A DNA stretch of 64,000 nt from Syntrophobacteraceae bacterium (GTDB taxonomy: Bacteria > Desulfobacterota > Syntrophobacteria > Syntrophobacterales > Syntrophobacteraceae), in the NCBI GenBank assembly GCA_049515795.1, contig JBEKTT010000016.1, positions 8,271 through 72,270 on the forward strand. Direction: 5' to 3'. A model generated the notes under the pieces. The model was not told the DNA's origin and made no database searches. It saw only the letters and a list, made by a program, of their open reading frames with translations. Shown in pieces: positions 18,563 to 27,192 of the stretch (its first letter is position 1; each line of letters starts with the position of its first letter). A program made the position numbers and the translations under genes.

Positions 18563-19057
18563 ATGGGCAAAGTGACTCAAGTAGTTCATTACCTGACAGC
18601 CGATGAAGTAATGGAGAGGATGAAGCAGACAGTTGGTTTCTGGAGGGTTCAGAAGTGGCTTGTAATACTCAATGCCACTATTGACCCTCGTCCCGCCAAG
18701 CTTGTTGCCTTACACACCGGACTGGCGGAACAAACGGTTCATAACCTTGTCTCAAGCTATAATCGGCATGGGCCAAAAGTCATGGAGGGGCCGGGGAAAG
18801 GAGGGCGACGAAGAGCCTATCGCAGTTTAGATGATGAGATGGTTTTTCTGGAGCCCTTCTTCAAAAAGGCTCTTATCGGACAGATTGCAACTGTTGCCGA
18901 GATCAAAATGGCATGGGAGAAAGTCTTGGGGCGCAAAGTCCATAAGACCACGGTTTATCGATTACTCGAACGACACGAATGGCGCAAGGTAGCTCCGCGA
19001 CCTTTCCATGAGCAGGCCAAAGCAGAGGAGCAAGAGGCTTTTAAAAAAACTCCCTGA
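18563..19057 (+). CDS. IS630-family transposase, N-terminal HTH part (orfA)
   Basis: 164-aa ORF inside the IS. It ends just after the A7 run at 19043-19049. Confidence 0.8.
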   Translation: MGKVTQVVHYLTADEVMERMKQTVGFWRVQKWLVILNATIDPRPAKLVALHTGLAEQTVHNLVSSYNRHGPKVMEGPGKGGRRRAYRSLDDEMVFLEPFFKKALIGQIATVAEIKMAWEKVLGRKVHKTTVYRLLERHEWRKVAPRPFHEQAKAEEQEAFKKTP

Positions 19058-19622
19058 ACTGGTGGCGGAAAGACTTGCGCAAAGGAATAGAGGCGATCAC
19101 CGACCGGTTCTGATTTTCGCCCAGGATGAGGCCAGGTTCGGCAGAATAAGCATCACCAGGAAGTCATGGGCGCCCGCTGGCATTAGACCAAGATCGCCCC
19201 GGCAAGTTATCAGGAAATATGTTTATGCCTACTCGGCGGTATGCCCTGCAACGGGCAAGATGACATCTTTGATCTTGCCGAAAGCCAATTCAGAGATGAT
19301 GAGCCTTTTCCTGCAGCAAGTCTCAAGCGATTTTGCGGACTATTTCATTATCATGCTTGTTGATCGTGCAGGCTGGCATGTATCAGCCAGATTAAAAATC
19401 CCTGAAAATATACGGCTAATTCCCATTCCCTCTCACAGTCCCGAGTTGAATCCTACGGAACATGTTTGGGACGAATTGAGGGAGAAACACTTCCCGAACT
19501 TGGCACTAAAAACCCTTGATGATGTCGAGGACAAGCTTTGTGACGGTCTCAATGCGATGGCAGATGACCCCGAACGGCTCCGGAGTTTAACATATTTTCC
19601 TTATTTACATATTACCGTTTAG
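19008..19622 (+). CDS. IS630-family transposase, DDE catalytic part (orfB)
   Basis: DDE-type motifs (IFAQDEARFG; MLVDRAGWH; SPELNPTEHVWDELRE). Lies in the +1 frame relative to orfA and overlaps it across the A7 run. Confidence 0.85.
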   Translation: MSRPKQRSKRLLKKLPELVAERLAQRNRGDHRPVLIFAQDEARFGRISITRKSWAPAGIRPRSPRQVIRKYVYAYSAVCPATGKMTSLILPKANSEMMSLFLQQVSSDFADYFIIMLVDRAGWHVSARLKIPENIRLIPIPSHSPELNPTEHVWDELREKHFPNLALKTLDDVEDKLCDGLNAMADDPERLRSLTYFPYLHITV

Positions 19623-20577
19623 GTAGCAACTTGGTACTGGTCCTTTCCATGTGGGTGAAAATCGCTTCGAAAAACTTATCCTGTTCTGCTCTCATTTGAG
19701 CTGCCTTGCGAATGTAACCTTCCATATCCTGAAATCTTTGCTTGACAAACTCCATCAGTGCACCGGGCAAAACAACCAGAAAAGTGTTTTCCCTGATGGC
19801 CCGGATGGTTTCCTCTGCGACCCGCTCAGGGCTTATGAAAGATGGAAGGGCGGCAGCCACTGAACCGCCAAGGCTGGATATGAGATCGGAGACAAAATCC
19901 GGGAACTTTCCCTGTTTGAAATTCACCTCGAAGGCCTTGAGCAATTCCCGCCGCGATTCGTCGTGTCCGTCTCCCACGGGAATAAAGCGTTGGCTCGCAG
20001 CGATATTGGTGCTCACTATTCCCGGACAAATCACCGTTACCCCTATGCCCTTGTCCCGCAAGTAAACTGCCAGTCCCTCAGAAAGCCCAACCACCGCGAA
20101 CTTTGTCATTGTATAGGGGATCGATCTATCCAGAGCCCCGACCAGCCCGGCACTGGAAGCGGTGTTGACGACATAGCCGTTGCCGCGCTCCAGCATATGA
20201 GGCAAAAATACATGAATTCCGTTGATGACGCCCCAAAGGTTAATATCCACGATCCATTTCCAGTCGTCGACCGCTGTCTTTTCCACGGGACCCGACATGT
20301 GAACGCCGGCGTTATTCATTAAGATATCCACCCGGCCCATTTCTGAAATGGATTGGTCATAAAGGTTTTGAATATCATTTAATTTTGTAACATCGGCGGG
20401 TATTGCCAAGCCCCTGCGTCCAAGTTTCTCTATCTCGCCGCGTACCTCCGTCAGGCCTTCGCGGTTCAGATCCGCCAACACCACGTCAGCGCCCTCCCTG
20501 GCCAGGGCGATAGCCGTTGAACGGCCGATACCGCTTGCCGCACCAGTAACCACCGCAATTTTCCCTTGTATCTCCAC
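19612..20577 (-). CDS. short-chain dehydrogenase/reductase (SDR) family oxidoreductase
   Basis: TGAASGIGRS cofactor motif, NNAG and a YxxxK-type active-site region. The last 6 codons and the stop lie inside the IS630 terminus. Confidence 0.85.
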   Translation of the reverse strand: MEIQGKIAVVTGAASGIGRSTAIALAREGADVVLADLNREGLTEVRGEIEKLGRRGLAIPADVTKLNDIQNLYDQSISEMGRVDILMNNAGVHMSGPVEKTAVDDWKWIVDINLWGVINGIHVFLPHMLERGNGYVVNTASSAGLVGALDRSIPYTMTKFAVVGLSEGLAVYLRDKGIGVTVICPGIVSTNIAASQRFIPVGDGHDESRRELLKAFEVNFKQGKFPDFVSDLISSLGGSVAAALPSFISPERVAEETIRAIRENTFLVVLPGALMEFVKQRFQDMEGYIRKAAQMRAEQDKFFEAIFTHMERTSTKLLPKR

Positions 20578-20648
20578 TTCGCACTTCCTGATTGTTAAGA
20601 GTTTATTCTCAAATTATGAAAGGTTCTTTATCGTATCCAATCCCAAGA

Positions 20649-21869
20649 TCATAAGAACTCTGCAGCCTTTATCGCCAGGGCATCATTTACCCCATCTTCG
20701 ATCATCCCGGTACGGGCGTCGCGGAACATCTTTTCGACGGGAAATTCCTTAGCCAGACCGAACCCGCCGAAAATCTGGATGGCTTCTCCTGCGACGGTTG
20801 TGGCCGTCTCGGTGGAAAGGCATTTGGCGCCTACGGCGTGAGCTACGGAGGGTGTAAAAGTATTTAGCAGATTAAAAACGGCCATCCGCCGCGCATTAGC
20901 CCTGGCCGCTTCTACTGCGGTGAACATCTTCATCAGCTTCAATTTCATGACCGCATGCTCGAAGATCGGGACTCCGCCCTGTATCCTCTCCTTCGCATAC
21001 CGCAAAGCTTCATCGAAGGCCGCCTTGCCAAGACCCGCAAAGACAACCGCCATTCTTCCGTTCACCGCTGCCAGCCCCAGCCCACGGGCAGCGTTGATGA
21101 TGTCTGGATTCGAAACCACCATATACTTCTTCGGGATCCGAACATCCTCAAAAATAATCGCCCCCTGGTTCAACGGCCGCTGACCCATCTTGTCCAATGG
21201 CTTCCCCCTGGAAATACCGGGAAGGTCCAGCGGGATGATCGCCAATCCCTGCCCCTGCATACCTCTGGCCGGGTCAAGTCCAACGTGCAGAAGCGCATGG
21301 GTGGCGATTGTCCCATTCGAGACCCAGGCAGACTTCTCGCCGTTCACAACGTACTCATCGCCGTTGAGCACCGCTTTTACGGAAGGACCACACTTCGGGT
21401 TGTTCCCGCCGAGGCTCCAGTCAGTGCCGTGATCGGGCTCGGTTATGGCCCAGCAGCCGATCATTTTTCCTTCTTTGTCCTGGCAGAAATCCCTGGCCAG
21501 TTGTTGCATTTCGGGTGTCGGGAACCGTGCGGCATAATTGAACGGCATGCACGCCACTCCCATGCTTATCGCCAGTCCGGCGTCCGCATATCCGAGCTGT
21601 TCTGAGATGAGCACTTTCGCCATAGGATCCATATCTTCCGCCAGGCCTCCCAGATTTTTTGGAATCTCCAATGTGTGAAGACCCAATTTCCGGAATCCTC
21701 TAAATACGTCCCATAAGATGGAGTCCCGCGCGATCACCTCCTCGGGCTTAGGCAGCTTATCGAGCTCGATCCCTGCCGGACGCATGACTTCCATGCTGAA
21801 CCTCTTCACCTGCTCCACCATGGCTTTGGTCTCGGCAGCCAGATTAATATCGATATCACGGAATGTCAT
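20649..21869 (-). CDS. acyl-CoA dehydrogenase family protein
   Basis: 406 aa with typical ACAD organisation (N-terminal alpha, middle beta with CWAITEPDHGTD, C-terminal alpha with IQIFGGFG). Confidence 0.85.
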   Translation of the reverse strand: MTFRDIDINLAAETKAMVEQVKRFSMEVMRPAGIELDKLPKPEEVIARDSILWDVFRGFRKLGLHTLEIPKNLGGLAEDMDPMAKVLISEQLGYADAGLAISMGVACMPFNYAARFPTPEMQQLARDFCQDKEGKMIGCWAITEPDHGTDWSLGGNNPKCGPSVKAVLNGDEYVVNGEKSAWVSNGTIATHALLHVGLDPARGMQGQGLAIIPLDLPGISRGKPLDKMGQRPLNQGAIIFEDVRIPKKYMVVSNPDIINAARGLGLAAVNGRMAVVFAGLGKAAFDEALRYAKERIQGGVPIFEHAVMKLKLMKMFTAVEAARANARRMAVFNLLNTFTPSVAHAVGAKCLSTETATTVAGEAIQIFGGFGLAKEFPVEKMFRDARTGMIEDGVNDALAIKAAEFL

Positions 21870-21885
21870 GCACGGCTCCTCTTCT

Positions 21886-22677
21886 CTATTTCATGTCCCA
21901 TTTCAGGAAGGCGTATGGCGCAAATTCCATTGGACTGACTTCTGCAACCGTCTTTCCGGGCAACATGGAGTTATCTCCCACGCTGTAGATGGCCCCAAGA
22001 GCCTTGACGACCTCCACTTCGGCCCAGGGGTCATAGTCGGAAGGCCTGAGGATTATTTCCGCCTCTCCGATCTGCATTCGTTTAGGTTTTAGCACTGTTT
22101 CCTGCCGGACGAGCCGCGGGTTATAATCAAAGCCTCCGCCCTCGGGAGCTGGAAAATTCTTAAAATTGTAAGAGATCCCCTTGCCTTCACCATTCTCAAA
22201 GCGGGAGTTCATAACGATCGTTTGGGCCTCCGGCCGATTGAACTTACCGGTTAACTTCGCTCGAATCTCCATGAACCGAACTCCCCGGCGCTCCGTCCAT
22301 CCGTATGCAATTTCCCGCTCTTTGGCGATATGAATCTCAGCCATTTTTTTCGGAAAACCGAATTTCTCCCGCCCTCCGGCCATGGCGATGTCGTTGGTGA
22401 CCGGCATGGCCAGGCAGTAGTTGCCTTCCTCGCCGTTGTGCACTGCGCGGAGGAATAGAGCGCTCTCATGGTAGGTCACATCGAAATTGGTTCTTGGATA
22501 ATGGGCCACAAACGCCATGGCAAGCGGATACTCGGCGGACTTCAGCGGCGGGGGGAGCAGTCTCGCGACAATCTCCGGTTTGGTCTCCCAGAAGACGGCA
22601 AGCATTTCTGCGTCATAGAAATCAGCGGTGTCCCTCCTGCTGGCCAAAATTTCATCGAATGATTTTACAAATCCCAT
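21886..22677 (-). CDS. acetoacetate decarboxylase (ADC) family protein
   Basis: The ORF extends to 22719, with likely start ATG 22677 (MGFVKS). The motif MPVTNDIAMAGGREKFGFPKK is typical of the ADC family. Confidence 0.65.
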   Translation of the reverse strand: MGFVKSFDEILASRRDTADFYDAEMLAVFWETKPEIVARLLPPPLKSAEYPLAMAFVAHYPRTNFDVTYHESALFLRAVHNGEEGNYCLAMPVTNDIAMAGGREKFGFPKKMAEIHIAKEREIAYGWTERRGVRFMEIRAKLTGKFNRPEAQTIVMNSRFENGEGKGISYNFKNFPAPEGGGFDYNPRLVRQETVLKPKRMQIGEAEIILRPSDYDPWAEVEVVKALGAIYSVGDNSMLPGKTVAEVSPMEFAPYAFLKWDMK

Positions 22678-22867
22678 GGGTCCCTCCTCCAGTCGAATTT
22701 GGTTGCTATGAGCCGGCAAGCCAGCTTCAGAGCATAGGTTATCGAGAGAGCGGTTTCTTTTCCATTTTTGCTCTTAATGTTTCCGATCTTGCTTTTTTCT
22801 GTTCCGAAAGGTTCTCGCGGGCAGGGCTCAAGGAGCCCAGCGGGTCTCATCGGGACATGGTTACCGC

Positions 22868-23839
22868 TTACGAGGGTCTTATAGGAAGGCAAAGATCCAC
22901 TACATGGCGCCTTAGCGGATATTCTTCAGTGATGTTGTAGATGATTTCATAATAAGGGCGGCTATCAGGCTGATAGCCGCTGGAGAGCAACCAGTGGATA
23001 ATCAGTCTCATCCAGGCCTCATGATGCCCCTCAGGATCGATTTCACAATGATAGACCGCGAATTTTCCTCCCGGCAGGGACTGAACGTTAATCCTTCCAT
23101 CACTTCTTACGGATTCCGGAATAGTGATACAAGCATCGTAGATGCATTTGTCCACAGGCGTGACATTGGGATCGTTCCTTAAAACGCCGAGGATGAGGGT
23201 CTTTTCATTGATTAGTCCTCTGGGCATCGCCCACTGGAGCAATTGGAGAAAGGCCGGCTCGGCTGTTTCCAAGCAGTAAGGTCCGATAGTCCGGGCATAA
23301 GCCACCCGATAGCTGGGCATCTCCGTCACTCTCACAGGCAAAGACGCCCGTTGCTCGACCATGCTTTTTATCAACGGCCCGGAATGCAAAAAACCGTGAT
23401 CCGTATTCGGCGCACCCGGAGATGGAACAGCTTCCCGATCTTCGCTTTCCGCCTTCGCAAGCATGTTTTTCATGCGGTCCCAATTGTACTCCGTCCTGAC
23501 ATACGTGGGCGTGACGCCGAAATGAGCCTTAAAGGCTTTGGCAAAATTCTGGGAGCTTGAAAACCCGCAATCAAGAGCAATCTCGACGATGCTCTTGTCT
23601 TTATCGAGTGTGAGCATCCGGACGGCTCTCTCAAGCCGGACTCGCCGTACATATCGATTTACGGTCTCACCTAGCAAGGTGCGGAATATACGATGAAAAT
23701 GATACTTTGAAAAACAGGCGACTTTGGCGAGCTTCGCCAAAGTCAAATCTTCCGTAAAATTATCGCGGATGTAGTCCAGGGTTCGATTCAATCGAAACAG
23801 ATACTCATACTTTAATACTTCATCGTAAAGTAATGTCAT
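22868..23839 (-). CDS. AraC-family transcriptional regulator with GyrI-like effector-binding domain
   Basis: AraC HTH (FSKYHFHRIFRTLLGETVNRYVRRVRLERA) followed by a C-terminal GyrI-like region (YRVAYARTIGPY ... GGKFAVYHCE). The ORF extends to 23908; ATG 23839 is preferred. Confidence 0.8.
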   Translation of the reverse strand: MTLLYDEVLKYEYLFRLNRTLDYIRDNFTEDLTLAKLAKVACFSKYHFHRIFRTLLGETVNRYVRRVRLERAVRMLTLDKDKSIVEIALDCGFSSSQNFAKAFKAHFGVTPTYVRTEYNWDRMKNMLAKAESEDREAVPSPGAPNTDHGFLHSGPLIKSMVEQRASLPVRVTEMPSYRVAYARTIGPYCLETAEPAFLQLLQWAMPRGLINEKTLILGVLRNDPNVTPVDKCIYDACITIPESVRSDGRINVQSLPGGKFAVYHCEIDPEGHHEAWMRLIIHWLLSSGYQPDSRPYYEIIYNITEEYPLRRHVVDLCLPIRPS

Positions 23840-23932
23840 AGGGTTCCCGGTGTTACCGAACTCGCCGGACAAGCCCCGTAGGGCGGCGGCTTCCTTCGGA
23901 TGCCTCAAAGAGATTCGCCTGAGATCGGCATA

Positions 23933-24436
23933 TCATTGAATCCGCTCCCAAGTTAAGACTACACTCTCGAGCTTGCCATCCTTCGAACCAATGGATGGGA
24001 TCGTGCTCAGGATCAGTCTATTTCCTTCGAACTTGACGATCCGAGCCTGTTCTGTGCCGGTCCAGTTTTCATTCCAGGAAATGTCCACACGGGTTTTAAG
24101 GGTTTTCCCATCAAAGGTGTACTTTCCACCGTAGGCTAACATGGTTTTGAATAGATCAATTCGATCCTGATCTGTCACCTTGTCCGGATCAGGGGGTTTA
24201 GGCCTTCTGTCGCCAGCCAGTAAAACGAGCATGCGGCCATCCCGTCCAAAGATGATGAAACCGTGTGGTGACTTTCCGAATATGTCCTTCGTCTCACCAG
24301 TTGCCGCAAAAGTTCTCTTACAGCTGACAAGTCGCCACGTTCCGTACAATTGCTTAGCTGCTGCAATGCCCGCAGGCGACATCAGCAGCACCAGGGAAAA
24401 TCCTGCAATAATCGAAATTGCCTCTCCTGAAATCAT
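23933..24436 (-). CDS. lipocalin-like domain protein with signal peptide
   Basis: N-terminal hydrophobic signal followed by the GTWRLVS motif typical of the lipocalin-like domain family; 167 aa. Confidence 0.5.
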   Translation of the reverse strand: MISGEAISIIAGFSLVLLMSPAGIAAAKQLYGTWRLVSCKRTFAATGETKDIFGKSPHGFIIFGRDGRMLVLLAGDRRPKPPDPDKVTDQDRIDLFKTMLAYGGKYTFDGKTLKTRVDISWNENWTGTEQARIVKFEGNRLILSTIPSIGSKDGKLESVVLTWERIQ

Positions 24437-25404
24437 GATCGTTTCCTCTTTTTAAGCTATTCGTTTGATTTGAACCAATCGGCTTAGAAATTTGACTCCA
24501 AAAAATGTATCAACTTGACCACCAACGGACCTCGATTGGCATTTTGAGTTCGTCTATCGTCCTAAAAACTTCCCGGGACGCCTTCAAGGCCGTAGAACCT
24601 TCCCATATACGAATAAAAAACGCAAATGTTGTGTCAACGGGACCGGCTTTAGCAGTTTCCGGAGACACACTTCTTTCCGGTTGATAGCTCCTCTGCTCAA
24701 TGCAGGATCGAGTTCCAGGGGCCAATATTCAAGTTCTTCGATTGATGGGTATTAGAATGAAACGTTGAATCGGGCAAGGGTCGGAAGCCAGGATGAAAGG
24801 CTTTGAACGGGATCTACCGGCCACTTCCGGCGACTGTTCAGTAGAAGCTCCACCAGGTATCCCTGCACTGGGGCCAAGGCAGGTACCTGAATCAAACCAG
24901 CCAAAGGATCGAAAGAAGGGGCGATTTTTGGTCTTAGAAGGTCGATTTGAACGGTGAAATGGGCATTCTAAGCAGAATTGAGGGATTCCGAATTCAGGGA
25001 TTAAAACCAATTCCTCAATCCCTAAATCCTTCAATTCCTCAATCAATATCGCAATCGATCCCTTGATGCAAGGGGATGACAAAGCCTAATAATAATTCGA
25101 CTGATCCGCATAAGAGGCGGACTTTCGGGTTCCGGCCCCATAACAGGCCAACGAACGGTCGCCGCTTGTGCGCTATGTTGCATTTCAGAGAAACCTCAAC
25201 CCGGCGCGCGAACAGCTTGAACTCCATCCCTGGCCTGCTCGTGAATTGGTGGATATTCCAGTCGTTGAGTGTTACTATGACTAGAAGGGTAGTGGGTTTG
25301 CAAAGCCTTATCTGCCCACCAAAATATCAGTTGATCTCGACGCTCTGCGAGGCGGGGCACGCTAAAACTTTACCCACTCTACATGACTTAGATCGGAGAT
25401 TCAC

Positions 25405-26058
25405 ATGAAAATCAGGTCGGTATCTTTCGTTGGCATTTTACTTGTCTTAATGCTCAGCGGTTCTTTTGTGAGCTACGCTGCAGATCCTTCGACCATTCAG
25501 CTTCCCAATCCTCAAAAGGAGGGCGGAAAGCCCCTGATGTCAGCGTTAAATGACAGGATGTCTACGAAGTCATTCAGCGGGGAAAAGCTCCCGATGCAAA
25601 CCCTGTCGAACCTTCTTTGGGCTGCTTTTGGAATAAACCGGCCGGATGGCAGGCGAACCGCTCCCTCGGCAAAAAATTGGCAGGAAACAGACATTTATGT
25701 GGCAACCGCTGATGGCGTCTATCTCTACGATGCCAAGAAAAACGCCCTGGACAAGATTGCGACCGGGGACATCAGGGCGATGACGGGTGCACAGGCATAT
25801 GTAAAAGACGCACCAGTCGTCCTTATCTACGTGTCTGATTACTCAAAGGTCAACGCGGGCGATCTTGACAGGCAAATTCTCGTAGGCGCAGACACTGGCC
25901 TGATCGCTGAAAATGTCTATCTGTTCTGCGCCTCGGAGGGCTTGGCGACAGTCGTGCGAGCGCTCATAGACAGAGATGCGCTGGCTAAAGAATTGAAGCT
26001 GAGGCCGGATCAAAAGATCATCCTCGACCAGTGCGTGGGATATCCTAAGAAACAGTGA
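25405..26058 (+). CDS. nitroreductase-family protein with N-terminal signal peptide
   Basis: Signal peptide MKIRSVSFVGILLVLMLSGSFVSYA. LSNLLWAAFGINR motif of the SagB-type/nitroreductase fold; 217 aa. Confidence 0.7.
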   Translation: MKIRSVSFVGILLVLMLSGSFVSYAADPSTIQLPNPQKEGGKPLMSALNDRMSTKSFSGEKLPMQTLSNLLWAAFGINRPDGRRTAPSAKNWQETDIYVATADGVYLYDAKKNALDKIATGDIRAMTGAQAYVKDAPVVLIYVSDYSKVNAGDLDRQILVGADTGLIAENVYLFCASEGLATVVRALIDRDALAKELKLRPDQKIILDQCVGYPKKQ

Positions 26059-26164
26059 TGAGTGAGTAGTGAAGAGTGAGCAGAAAAAAATAGTTCCTTT
26101 TGGTTCTATCGCTTCGCGAGGAACAGTGAAGAGTGAAGAGTGAACAGAAAAGCGACCTTATTTA

Positions 26165-26767
26165 TCAAAAATCCACCCCGGGCTGCGGCTCTATGCCTTT
26201 GCGGTAGGAATGGACGATCTCCCTGACCTCGCTCACCGTATCGGCCAGCGAGATAACCTCCGGGGCTGCGTCGCGGCCTGTCAGAACGAGGTGCAGAAGG
26301 GGGGGCTTGCTGCGAAGCAGGTCGATCGCCTGTTCCAGGTCCACCAGCTTGAGATGGACGGCGTTATTGATCTCATCGAGGACGATCAGGTCATATTTTC
26401 CTGAAGTGATCCGTTCTTTTGCCATCAGGAGGGCGCGTTGGGCAGCTTCGCGGTGCTGGGCGTGCGAATAAGGGTTTCCCTGGATTCCGCAAAACCCCAT
26501 GCCCGTAACGACCAGTTCCACGTCGCAGTCCATTTTCTTTATTGCTTCCCATTCCCCCGTGAAGATGTCGCCTTTCATGAACTGGAGCATGCAGACCTTC
26601 ATGCCGTGCCCGCAGGCGCGGACGACCATGCCCAGGGCCGAGGAAGTCTTGCCTTTTCCATACCCGGTAAGAACGACCACTAGGCCGACTCTTTTCTCAG
26701 GTTCAAGAGTGGTGATTGCGAACTGAGGATTCAATCGGGTCAGTTTTCCCTCCTCATCATGCGGCAT
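26165..26767 (-). CDS. cobO: cob(I)yrinic acid a,c-diamide adenosyltransferase
   Basis: P-loop-like motif LTGYGKGKTSSALG and the LDE motif. The ORF extends to 26926, but ATG 26767 with a GGAGGA RBS gives the usual ~200 aa. Confidence 0.85.
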   Translation of the reverse strand: MPHDEEGKLTRLNPQFAITTLEPEKRVGLVVVLTGYGKGKTSSALGMVVRACGHGMKVCMLQFMKGDIFTGEWEAIKKMDCDVELVVTGMGFCGIQGNPYSHAQHREAAQRALLMAKERITSGKYDLIVLDEINNAVHLKLVDLEQAIDLLRSKPPLLHLVLTGRDAAPEVISLADTVSEVREIVHSYRKGIEPQPGVDF

Positions 26768-26936
26768 CAGGTTTGTCCTCCGTTCCGGATATTGGATAAG
26801 CGTTCCGCGCTCGGCGCTGTCGCATCCAATATCTAATGTCCATTTTTTGGCAAGCGGGTATCTAATTAAAAGATATGCTCGGGTGGGGACGAAATAAACA
26901 TCGGTCGGTGGAAAGAATGTAAACACCGGTAAAGAT

Positions 26937-27192
26937 AAGGCCTCCCGCTCCCGCCCCGTCTCGCGGGTGGGTGGGCTGTCGATAATGAGCGGTCGGCCTC
27001 CGCGCTACGCTATCAGGACTGAACTACGCTTCGCTCCCTGAGGACTGAGGACTGAGAGTGAAACCCTGACACCATTGTCACTTCACTTCTCGGAAGCGCC
27101 TCATATTTGGATTGCCTTCAAACGTACCACGTTTAATGTCTGTGCGTTCTGCATGGCTGCGCGCACGGTCGCCGCTCTTATCATGTCAGGCG
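26937..27192 (-). repeat. mosaic intergenic repeat, copy B (reverse orientation, truncated at one end)
   Basis: Its reverse complement is near-identical to copy A except for A's ~70-bp internal insertion (at about 6533-6602). It overlaps the stop codon of the ABC-2 permease gene. Confidence 0.9.

Larger units (their letters stand above)
18500..19634 (+). mobile_element. IS630-family insertion sequence (1135 bp) with TA target-site duplication
   Basis: Imperfect terminal inverted repeats (18500 TCAAGTTGC..GGTAATAT versus the reverse complement of 19634 CCAAGTTGC..GGTAATAT; ~19/26 identical). Flanking TA at 18498-18499 and 19635-19636. Two overlapping transposase ORFs. Confidence 0.85.

Noticed and set aside
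18184-18570. 128-aa minus-strand ORF spanning the IS630 left end
   Set aside because: It starts inside the IS terminus and runs into the USP gene tail, with Pro/Ser/Arg/Gly-rich non-coding-like composition. It is only of interest as the read-through frame of the pre-insertion SDR gene.
26768-26936. Possible cobalamin riboswitch upstream of cobO
   Set aside because: I could not find a B12-box-like conserved core or the typical multi-stem arrangement. The region is short and partly repeat-derived.
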